A stretch of 64,000 bases of DNA, from contig CAZSKP010000015.1 in assembly GCA_964607485.1 (NCBI GenBank), positions 1-64,000 of the forward strand, written 5' to 3'. The notes beneath the pieces are model-generated. The model ran no database searches. It was not told where the DNA came from and worked only from the letters and a program-made list of their open reading frames with translations. Shown here piece by piece: positions 38,200 to 46,715 of this stretch; the first letter of the stretch is position 1; every line of letters starts with the position of its first letter. The position numbers were made by a program, and so were the translations under genes. The DNA is from an uncultured bacterium (GTDB lineage: Bacteria > Abyssobacteria > SURF-5).

Positions 38200-39882
38200 C
38201 TACAGTCCCCACGTGTGGCTGAACCCGATGCTGGCGGTCCAGTCGCGCGAGTGGTCGTTCAGGCCGGTGGACGCGGCGACGCCCCATTTCCAATCGTGAA
38301 GGAAACCGATGTCGGGCAGCGGTCCGGTCAGACCCAGGCGGGCCTCCGCATATGCATTGCCGAAGTCGCCCTGAGAAATGTTGGCAGTGGTCTTCCCATT
38401 GGTGGAGCCCTCGACCTCTGACCACAGCACGAGCATGGGCACAATCTCGTATTCCGCCGCAACGCCCCAGACGAAATAATCGTCCTGGCGCGCGAGTCTT
38501 TGCGGGTCTCCCTGTATGGCTATTCCGGCGTTCAGGTGGGTCGTCAGGCGGCCCAAGGGAGAGTCGCCGGCTAGTTGCGACCAATCGGTTGAAAAGAGAG
38601 CTTTGGCTATGAAGTCGGCCTCATCCGTGCCGAGAGCCTTCTCGTTGTCTGAACTGGGCGCCTTCGTCACAAACTGGATGCTGGCCCTTCCGTACCTGCA
38701 TTCAAACGGCGATGCCTTGAACTTTATCCTCACATCGCCCCTTCCGTGCTCATTCACATCGGTTTCCACGACGGCTCCTCCCGAGCCGAAGCGCACGCTA
38801 TCCTCAACCTTCAGATATTGGAATTCGAGCTCGACGTCGGCCCACGGCCCGACTCCCCATCCTACGGTCAGGTCGGGCAGGATGTAGAGGTCGGAGTCGT
38901 CGGGCTGGTTGACATAACCGAGCGCCAGTTCCGCGCGGAAGTTGCGTTCGCCGATCGTGTAAGCCTCCTCGGTCTTAAGAGGATTATAGTACGACTCGGG
39001 GGCGGCGCCTTCTCTGCGAGGGGGTGTCGCAACTTCGGTCGGGCCGCCGGGGCCCCACATTCTGCTCATGCCAAACTGAACGCCCCAGTCCTCCGTGTGG
39101 CTGTTGACGCCCTTGAAGCCGCTGACGCCCCATCTCCAATCGCCTATCGGGCCTGTGAGCGCCAGCCGGGCTCTCGCCCGTGCCACGCCCTCTGAACTCT
39201 CTGCGATGTTCTCCGTAAACCCGACGGTTCCGTGTTCCGCCGCGGTGGAGCCCTCGATTTCTCCCATCAGCGTGAGAGAATCCGTGAGCGCATACTCACC
39301 GCCGACACCCCAGACAAAGAAATCGTTCTGGTTTGAATTCCTCGAGGGGTCGCCGAGCACGGCGAAGCCGGCGTTCAGATGTGTGGTGAGCCGGCCCCAA
39401 TCGCTCGAGAGGAGCGCTTGCGAGGTAAAGTCGGTCTCATTTGTACCGAGCCCTTCGCCCTGGTCGGCGTTGGGAAGCTTGGTTATGAACTGAAAGCCCA
39501 TCCGGTGGCGACCGAACTCGTATGGGACGACCTTCAGCTTGATTCTCAGGTCGCCCGTGCCTTCGTCATCGTGGTCGATGTTGGTTTTTCCGGTGGCATA
39601 TTCGGTGAAGTCGGTGCCCCTCACGATGAGGTATTCATATTCAAACTCCAGGTCGGCCCAATCGCTCAGGCCGTAGGTCAGTCGCACGCGGGGAAGGTTG
39701 TACAATTCGGAGGCATCGGGCTGTTTGGTGACGCCGAACTCAATTTCGGTCTGAAAAATTCCCTGCCCGACCGTATACGCCTCTTCCGTGTCGAGCATGT
39801 GATATTCTTCCGCGAAGCATCTGAAGGGGGACAGAAGTGAGCACAGGAGGGACAAGGAGACACACACCAGTGATGCTCGCAT
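38200..39882 (-). CDS. Putative outer-membrane beta-barrel protein made of two tandem homologous domains
   Basis: Signal peptide; LDTEEAYTVG/LKTEEAYTIG, GDLRIKLK/GDVRIKFK, LGTNETDF/LGTDEADF and TTHLNAG twice; amphipathic strands. Confidence 0.75.
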   Translation of the reverse strand: MRASLVCVSLSLLCSLLSPFRCFAEEYHMLDTEEAYTVGQGIFQTEIEFGVTKQPDASELYNLPRVRLTYGLSDWADLEFEYEYLIVRGTDFTEYATGKTNIDHDDEGTGDLRIKLKVVPYEFGRHRMGFQFITKLPNADQGEGLGTNETDFTSQALLSSDWGRLTTHLNAGFAVLGDPSRNSNQNDFFVWGVGGEYALTDSLTLMGEIEGSTAAEHGTVGFTENIAESSEGVARARARLALTGPIGDWRWGVSGFKGVNSHTEDWGVQFGMSRMWGPGGPTEVATPPRREGAAPESYYNPLKTEEAYTIGERNFRAELALGYVNQPDDSDLYILPDLTVGWGVGPWADVELEFQYLKVEDSVRFGSGGAVVETDVNEHGRGDVRIKFKASPFECRYGRASIQFVTKAPSSDNEKALGTDEADFIAKALFSTDWSQLAGDSPLGRLTTHLNAGIAIQGDPQRLARQDDYFVWGVAAEYEIVPMLVLWSEVEGSTNGKTTANISQGDFGNAYAEARLGLTGPLPDIGFLHDWKWGVAASTGLNDHSRDWTASIGFSHTWGL

Positions 39883-40093
39883 TCCGATATCCTTTCCACA
39901 TGTCACCGTTGGCTCCGGAATCTCTATAGAACATAGAACTCACCTCCGTGCGAATCCTTGCCAGGGGATTGCCGGAACGATTCTTGGGGTCTGTCGTCTG
40001 AACGCGCAATAAAGAAATATAGCACGGGATTGCGCCGTTGTCAAAAGGCGGCCGCAACGCCTCGCCGCAGGCCGTTACCTTTCATTCCGGGCT

Positions 40094-43000
40094 CTATCGG
40101 GAGTTGGCATTGGCGTGAGCGCTGAACCAGACGGAACCCTCTCCCATCAGCGCTTCGATCTGCTGCTTGGCCCGGGCGTCGGGCTTGAGGCCTTTGCCGG
40201 AAGAGGACTCTACTATTACGACGTGGTGGTCGGGGGTGACGCAGTGGATGAATAGCTTGCAGACGCCCTCGTTTGCGGCAACTATGCCGGACAGTTCCTC
40301 GAGCGTTTTCTCCTCCATCCCTGCCGTCATGAATTTAACGTGGGCGGTGCGGGCAAACTGCTCCTCCGCTTTTTCGATCGGCACGACATCCTCGGCTATG
40401 ACCTTCGCTTCCCTGTCCTTGTAGCTTATGCGTCCCGAGATCATGATCAGTGAATCTTCGTAGAGCAGCATGGAGGTTCGGCTGAACAAGTCGGAGAACA
40501 CGAGCACCTCAAAAAAACCGTCCATGTCCTCCACCGTGACAAAAGCCATGCGCTCCTGCTTTCGCTTGGGCACATACGTCTTGATTTTCGAGACTATTCC
40601 GCCCACGACGACGGCATCGCCGTCCTTCGAACTCTGAAGGTTCGCCGAGCCCATCGTGGTGAGGGCGCGCAGCCTGTCGGCATGTTTGGCGAGGGGATGG
40701 CCCGTAATGAAAAGGCCGAGCACTTCTTTCTCATACTTGAGCTGTTTGAAATCGGGCCAGTCCTCGACGTCGGGATAGCGGACCGGCCCGAGCGATTCCT
40801 CGCCGCCGCCGACCATGTCGAACAGATGTGCCTGCCCCATCTCCCTGTCGCGCTGCGTCGCCTGTCCCTGTTCCAACGCCATGTCGATGGCGCCGAAGAG
40901 CTGGCTCCTCTTGGCTCCCACCGTATCGAAAGCTCCACACTTGACCAGACTCTCGACCACGCGTTTGTTGATGAGCCGGCTGTCGACTCGCGCGCAGAAA
41001 TCGAAGAGCGACTTGAAGTGGCCCTCGTTCTCACGGTCCTCGATAATGGCTTTGATCGCGTTTTCGCCCACGTTCTTGACTGCCGCGAGACCGAAGCGGA
41101 TTTCGCCCTCGGCCGCCGTGAACCTCAAGTCGCTCAGGTTGACGTCGGGCGGGAGCACGGAGATGTTCATCCTGCGGCATTCCTCGATGTAGGTGGCGAG
41201 CTTGGGGGTGTTGCCCATCTCGCTGCTCAGCAACGAAGCCATGTATTCGAGGGGATAGTTGGCTTTCAGATAGGCTGTTTGATATGCGATCAGCGCGTAA
41301 GCCGCGCTGTGTGACTTATTGAACCCGTAGCCGGCGAACTGCGCCATCTTCTTGTAGATTTGCTCTGCGGTTTTAGCGGGGATGCCGTTCTTGGCGGCTC
41401 CCTTGATGAAGGCCTCGCGGTTGCGCTCCATGACCGCCGGAATCTTTTTTCCCATCGCCTTGCGCAGAATGTCGGCCTCGCTGAGCGAGAAGCCTCCCAG
41501 CTCGCTTGCAATCTTCATGACCTGCTCTTGATAGAGCATGACGCCGTAGGTTTCCTTGAGTATCGGCTCCTGCTCGGGTGTGTCGTAGTCGATCTCCGTC
41601 TCGCCGTGTTTGCGCTTGATGTAGTCGGGCAGCATGTGCATGGGGCCGGGCCGAAACAGCGCGACCACTGCGACGAGGTCGTCGAAACTGTCGATGCCGA
41701 CTTTGCGCGCGAGATCGCGCATGCCCGCGCTTTCAAGCTGGAACACGCCGAAGGTCTGCGCGTTGTTGAGAAGCGCGAACGTGTTCGGGTCGTCGAGGGG
41801 AATTTTGTCGATATCGACCTCTTCGCCTCGCAGGCGCTTTATCATCTGCAGCGTCTGGTCGATTACGGTGAGCGTCTTGAGGCCCAGGAAATCCATCTTC
41901 AGCAGGCCTATTTCTTCGAGGTTCGTCATCGAGTACTGCGTGGTGACGTCGCCCGTGTTGCTCTGATAGAGAGGAACGAACTCGTATATCGGTTTTGGCG
42001 AGATGACCACTCCCGCCGCGTGAGTAGACGCGTGTCGCGAGATTCCCTCGAGCGACTGCGCTATGTCGAGCAGTTGACTCACGTCGTCATCCTGCTTGAT
42101 GTTTTCCTGAAGTTCAGGCACGCGCGCGATGGCGTCTTTGAGCGTTATGTTCAGCTCGTTGGGCACGAGTTTCGCTATCTCATCGACCCTTCCGTAGGGG
42201 AGGCCGAGGGCGCGGCCTACGTCCCGAATGGCCGCCTTCGCCGCCATGGTGCCGAAGGTTATTATCTGCGCCACGTTGTCCTTGTGGTACTTCTCGACGA
42301 CGTAGTCTATGATTTCTCCACGACGCTCGTAACAGAAGTCGATGTCGATGTCAGGCAATGAGATTCGTTCCGGGTTGAGGAATCGCTCGAACAGAAGCCC
42401 GTGTTTGAGCGGGTCGAGGTTCGTTATCCTCAGCAGATATGCCACCAGGCTGCCCGCTGCGGAGCCTCGTCCCGGCCCCACGGGAATGTCCCGCGACCGC
42501 GCGAACCTGACGAAATCGGAGACAATGAGGAAATAGCCGGAGTAGCCCATCTTAAAGATGACGTCCAGCTCTATTTCGAGCCGCTCACGGATTTCGGCCG
42601 ACGCCTCCGCATACCGTTGCTTCAGGCCGTCTTCGCAGAGTTTGCGGAGGTAACTGTCGGGGGTGTAGCTTTCGGGCACGTCGAAGTGGGGCAACTGCGG
42701 CGCGGCCTCTCTGGGCTGGTAGTTGCAGCGCTCGGCTACCTGGAGGGTATTCTGCACGGCCTCGGGTATCTCTTTGAACAGGGCCGCCATCTGCTCGGGC
42801 GTCTTCAGATAAAATTCCTGCGAACCGAAGCGAAGCCGGTTCGGGTCTTTTATCGTCGTATTCGTCTGGATGCACATGAGGACATCCTGCGCGAGAGAGT
42901 CATCTTTGTCCACGTAATGAACGACGTTCGTGGCGACGAGTCCCGCGCCGGAGAGGCGCGCCAGCTCCATCATCGCCGGGATGACGCGTTTCTGGTCTTT

Positions 43001-43549
43001 CAGGCCGTTGTCCTGCACCTCGAGAAAATAGTTCTCGGGCCCGAACATCTCCTGGCAGGACTTCACTGCTGCCAGCGCCTTTTCCTTCCTCCCGTGCAGC
43101 AGCAGATTGGCCGGCTCTCCCTCGAGGCATCCGCTGAGGGCGACAAGTCCTTCGCAGTGGTCGCGGAGGATTTTCTTGTCTATGCGAGGTTTGTAGTATA
43201 ATCCCTCCCGGTAACTGACGGAGGACAGGTACATGAGATTCTTGTAGCCTGTTTCGTCTTTTACGAGAAGGGTAAGGTGATGATAGTCTCTGGTTTTCTC
43301 CGAAGACTTACGGTCGAACCGGCTGCCTTTCGCCACGTACATTTCCGAGCCGACAATCGGCTTGACGCCGCGCTTTCTCGCGGCGTTGCAGAAATCGATT
43401 ACGCCGAACATGTTGCCGTGATCGGTGATGGCGATTGCGGGCATCTTGTACTCGGAGGCGCGGTCGAGCAGTCTTCCGATCATGCATGCGCCGTCGAGCA
43501 GGCTGTACTCGGTGTGAACGTGCAGATGTACGAAATCAGCGTGTTTCAA
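40094..43549 (-). CDS. dnaE: DNA polymerase III alpha subunit
   Basis: HLHVHTEYSLLDG, GPGRGSAAGS, PDIDID, STHAAG, KMDFLGL, YGFNKSH and an OB fold; no intein-sized insertion. Confidence 0.98.
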   Translation of the reverse strand: MKHADFVHLHVHTEYSLLDGACMIGRLLDRASEYKMPAIAITDHGNMFGVIDFCNAARKRGVKPIVGSEMYVAKGSRFDRKSSEKTRDYHHLTLLVKDETGYKNLMYLSSVSYREGLYYKPRIDKKILRDHCEGLVALSGCLEGEPANLLLHGRKEKALAAVKSCQEMFGPENYFLEVQDNGLKDQKRVIPAMMELARLSGAGLVATNVVHYVDKDDSLAQDVLMCIQTNTTIKDPNRLRFGSQEFYLKTPEQMAALFKEIPEAVQNTLQVAERCNYQPREAAPQLPHFDVPESYTPDSYLRKLCEDGLKQRYAEASAEIRERLEIELDVIFKMGYSGYFLIVSDFVRFARSRDIPVGPGRGSAAGSLVAYLLRITNLDPLKHGLLFERFLNPERISLPDIDIDFCYERRGEIIDYVVEKYHKDNVAQIITFGTMAAKAAIRDVGRALGLPYGRVDEIAKLVPNELNITLKDAIARVPELQENIKQDDDVSQLLDIAQSLEGISRHASTHAAGVVISPKPIYEFVPLYQSNTGDVTTQYSMTNLEEIGLLKMDFLGLKTLTVIDQTLQMIKRLRGEEVDIDKIPLDDPNTFALLNNAQTFGVFQLESAGMRDLARKVGIDSFDDLVAVVALFRPGPMHMLPDYIKRKHGETEIDYDTPEQEPILKETYGVMLYQEQVMKIASELGGFSLSEADILRKAMGKKIPAVMERNREAFIKGAAKNGIPAKTAEQIYKKMAQFAGYGFNKSHSAAYALIAYQTAYLKANYPLEYMASLLSSEMGNTPKLATYIEECRRMNISVLPPDVNLSDLRFTAAEGEIRFGLAAVKNVGENAIKAIIEDRENEGHFKSLFDFCARVDSRLINKRVVESLVKCGAFDTVGAKRSQLFGAIDMALEQGQATQRDREMGQAHLFDMVGGGEESLGPVRYPDVEDWPDFKQLKYEKEVLGLFITGHPLAKHADRLRALTTMGSANLQSSKDGDAVVVGGIVSKIKTYVPKRKQERMAFVTVEDMDGFFEVLVFSDLFSRTSMLLYEDSLIMISGRISYKDREAKVIAEDVVPIEKAEEQFARTAHVKFMTAGMEEKTLEELSGIVAANEGVCKLFIHCVTPDHHVVIVESSSGKGLKPDARAKQQIEALMGEGSVWFSAHANANSR

Positions 43550-43610
43550 CGTGCTTCCGCCTCCCCTTGGAAAAGATGATTTATGATGAGCTGAAGACTG
43601 GGCCGCGCTT

Positions 43611-44084
43611 TCAGCGCTTTAGCGTCTGTATCAGAAGCTCCAGGGCAGCCTCCGCAGACTGTCTCTTCACCTGGAGCCTTGTGCCTTTGAAATTGTATTT
43701 TTTCGCGCGAACCGACCCGTCCGGAGCGCAGACGGCGATGTACACGAGGCCGACGGGCTTTTTCGGACCGCCGCCGGTGGGTCCTGCTATGCCCGTCACG
43801 CCGAGGCCGACGCTTGCCCCGGCCGCCTTCTTTGCTCCCGCGGCCATCGAGCAGGCGACCGGTCGGCTCACGGCTCCATGTTTCCTTATCAGCCCCGCTC
43901 TCACTCCAAGCAGCTCAGTCTTCGAGCGGTTGCTGTAAGCGACGAACCCGCGCTCGAAGTAGTTCGAGCTTCCCGACACGTTCGTTATTCGGTGCGCAAC
44001 GAGGCCGCCCGTGCACGATTCGGCCACTGCGAGTGTGAGACCGAGTCGGGTGAGCAGGGCGCCCAGTTCGTGTTCCGGCTTCAT
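43611..44084 (-). CDS. CinA C-terminal domain protein (NMN deamidase PncC-like)
   Basis: AESCTGG, SGSSNYF, YSNRSK and TGIAGP-GG-KPVG. Confidence 0.92.
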   Translation of the reverse strand: MKPEHELGALLTRLGLTLAVAESCTGGLVAHRITNVSGSSNYFERGFVAYSNRSKTELLGVRAGLIRKHGAVSRPVACSMAAGAKKAAGASVGLGVTGIAGPTGGGPKKPVGLVYIAVCAPDGSVRAKKYNFKGTRLQVKRQSAEAALELLIQTLKR

Positions 44085-44108
44085 AAGCGGCGGCCCCGGA
44101 GAAAATGG

Positions 44109-44591
44109 TCAAAAGATCAGCATAATCAGACGAAACGCAAGGTTAGCGTAAATGCCCGCGACAACGTCGTCCGCCATGATTCCGATCCCGCCCGGCAGCC
44201 GTTCGGATTGACGGGCCGGAAACGGCTTGAAAATGTCGAAGACCCTGTAGAGGACAAACACCGCGGCGACGGAACTCCACGTCATCGGAAGCCACAGAAA
44301 CGCGACGAGCATCCCTACGAATTCATCTATCGTTACTTCGGACGGGTCTTTTCGGCCGAGTATCGTTGCGGCCCGAGAGGAACCCGCCGTGCCGAGCGCG
44401 AGCAAGATGAGAGCAAGCAGCAAGAGGAGCGTCGGCCTGTGATTGAGCCACAGCGCGACAACTATGGCCGGCAGGCTCCCGACTGTTCCGGAAGCCACCG
44501 GCGAATAGCCCAGGAACAGAACGGAGGCAAAACCTAATGCCACACTGTCCCCCCGTCCTCGATTCACCACTGCGGAAGTTCGTTCGTCCAT
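44109..44591 (-). CDS. pgpA: Phosphatidylglycerophosphatase A
   Basis: ASGTVGSL, DPSEVTIDE, YRVFDIFKP and GIMADDVVAG. Confidence 0.93.
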   Translation of the reverse strand: MDERTSAVVNRGRGDSVALGFASVLFLGYSPVASGTVGSLPAIVVALWLNHRPTLLLLLALILLALGTAGSSRAATILGRKDPSEVTIDEFVGMLVAFLWLPMTWSSVAAVFVLYRVFDIFKPFPARQSERLPGGIGIMADDVVAGIYANLAFRLIMLIF

Positions 44592-44611
44592 GTATTATCG
44601 TCCTATCCGGC

Positions 44612-45232
44612 TTACGCTGCCGTGGCTGGCGCTCTAAGCGATTCCCAGAAGAGGTGCCTGTTTGCGCGCAGGTAATTGTAGCCCGAGATGACCGTCATGA
44701 TGAGAGTGATGAGAACGAGCACATGTATTCCTATTTGCGCCCAATCCTTGATCGATTCCCAGTATGAAACCGCCGGCAGTTTCTCCGACAATTTGTGGTA
44801 AACCAGAACGTTCAAAATAGCGATGATCACCGTCAACTGGCTTATCGTCTTCAGCTTGCCCGCCTTGTCGGCCGCGACTATCTTTCCCTTCGATGCGGCC
44901 AGCATCCTGATGCCCGAAACGGCGAATTCGCGCGCGATGATAATCGTGACTATCCACGCGGGTATGTACGGGTACGAGCCGACGAAGTAGATGAACGCGG
45001 CGGAGATGAGGATCTTGTCCGCCAACGGGTCCATCAGGCGGCCGAAATCGGTCTCCAGCGAGCGCTCTCGCGCAATCTTGCCGTCATAGTAGTCGGTGAT
45101 CGCGGCGACGACGAATGTGACGAGCGCAAGCGTGTGCGAATAGATGCTTTCCACTGACAAGAACGCGAGGAACAGCGGAACGAGCCCTATTCGTATCAAC
45201 GTGAGTTTGTTCGGAAGATTGATGGAGCTCAT
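44612..45232 (-). CDS. pgsA: CDP-diacylglycerol--glycerol-3-phosphate 3-phosphatidyltransferase
   Basis: NLPNKLTLIRI and TDYYDGKIAR...FGRLMDPLADK. Confidence 0.95.
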   Translation of the reverse strand: MSSINLPNKLTLIRIGLVPLFLAFLSVESIYSHTLALVTFVVAAITDYYDGKIARERSLETDFGRLMDPLADKILISAAFIYFVGSYPYIPAWIVTIIIAREFAVSGIRMLAASKGKIVAADKAGKLKTISQLTVIIAILNVLVYHKLSEKLPAVSYWESIKDWAQIGIHVLVLITLIMTVISGYNYLRANRHLFWESLRAPATAA

Positions 45233-46560
45233 AGCGGTCTCCCTTCAAGCTCATAGTCGTGCGCTTCGGTTATCCTGACTTGAATGAATTCGCCGATGGG
45301 AGGGGACCCACTGTATGATATCCGGATAAGCCCATCGACTTCGGGGGCGTCGCGATACGTTCGCCCAACAAGTGTATTCGACGCGGAATCATCCATGCCC
45401 TCGACCAGGACCTCCATTTTCTTCCCGACGAGCGACTGGTTCAACTTCCGCGACAACATCGACTGTTCCCGCATCAAGGCCTCGTATCTCTCTTCCTTGA
45501 CCTCTTCGGGCACCTGCTTCCGCAGGCGTGCGGCAGGGGTGCCGGCCTCGCGCGAATATTTGAACACGCCCAGCCTGTCGAACTTCGTTTCCTGCACGAA
45601 CCTGAGCAGCTTCTCAAAATGCTTGTCGGTCTCGCCCGGAAACCCGACCATGAGCGTCGTCCGAAGGGAGAGGTCGGGAATCTCGTCTCGCAGTGTGTCG
45701 ACCGCCCTGCGGATGTCGTCGGACGTGCCTTTGCGTCCCATCGCTTTCAAGACGCTGTCGCATATGTGCTGGACGGGCATGTCGAGATAATGGCACACCG
45801 AACGCGAGTCGTAGATGGCTCGCGCCACCGCGTTTGTGATTCGGGCCGGATGCGCATACAGCAGCCGCAGCCATTTCTTCGCCCTGATTCTGTCCAGCTC
45901 TCGCAGAAGGTGTGTGAGTTGTTCTTCCCCGGCCTCGGGCACACCGAAGTAGGTCGTATCCTGCGCGATCAGGTTTATCTCTTTGGTGCCTTGATTGACC
46001 AGATTCCGAACCTCCTTGACGACCGAATCGGTCGAGCGGCTCCGGTAACGTCCCCGGATGTTGGGGATGGCGCAGTAGCCGCACCTGTTGTCGCAGCCCT
46101 CGGCGATTTTTACGTACACCGACGTGACTCCGTCCAGGAGCGCACGGGGCGTCGTGTGGTCGTAAAGATATTCGGGCGCTCCGACCGCGGAGAATTTTGC
46201 TCCTTCGAGAGTATTGCGGCACGCATCGGCGATTTTCGTCAGCTCACCGCATCCCACGAAGGCGTCAACTTCGGGCATCTCCTTTGAGAGGTCTTCTCCA
46301 TAGCGCTGGTAGAGGCAGCCGGCGACTATCAACCCTCTGCACGAGCCCGCCTCCTTCATGCTGACCATCTCCAGTATGGACTCGATGGATTCCTCCGCGG
46401 CGGGCTCGATGAACCCGCAGGTGTTAACGATTATCAGGTCGGCCTGCTGAGAGTTCGCGGCGACGCTGAATCCCTCGGCCACCAGAAAACCGAGCATAAC
46501 CTCGGAGTCCACCTGGTTCTTCGCACATCCGAGGGTCTCTATCCATATTTTTTGTGACAA
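45229..46560 (-). CDS. rimO: Ribosomal protein S12 methylthiotransferase
   Basis: LGCAKNQVDSE, NTCGFI, KIAEGCDNRCGYC and DAPEVDG (TRAM); start at TTG 46560 or 46605. Confidence 0.95.
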   Translation of the reverse strand: MSQKIWIETLGCAKNQVDSEVMLGFLVAEGFSVAANSQQADLIIVNTCGFIEPAAEESIESILEMVSMKEAGSCRGLIVAGCLYQRYGEDLSKEMPEVDAFVGCGELTKIADACRNTLEGAKFSAVGAPEYLYDHTTPRALLDGVTSVYVKIAEGCDNRCGYCAIPNIRGRYRSRSTDSVVKEVRNLVNQGTKEINLIAQDTTYFGVPEAGEEQLTHLLRELDRIRAKKWLRLLYAHPARITNAVARAIYDSRSVCHYLDMPVQHICDSVLKAMGRKGTSDDIRRAVDTLRDEIPDLSLRTTLMVGFPGETDKHFEKLLRFVQETKFDRLGVFKYSREAGTPAARLRKQVPEEVKEERYEALMREQSMLSRKLNQSLVGKKMEVLVEGMDDSASNTLVGRTYRDAPEVDGLIRISYSGSPPIGEFIQVRITEAHDYELEGRPL

Positions 46561-46715
46561 GGCTGCATCAACTCGCAGTAAGGGGTGGTCTGTTTCTTTA
46601 TACAACTATAACCACGGCATGAAAATAATTCAATAGGAATCTGATGCGGACTGAAGCGGTTCGGCTGCGCTATTGGGTTGTGTTCGACCGGTTCCGGTGA
46701 GAAAACCGTATCGGC

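Noticed and set aside
40094-43549. Intein in dnaE
   Set aside because: The length (1151 aa) and continuous motifs leave no room, and no splice-junction motifs were seen.
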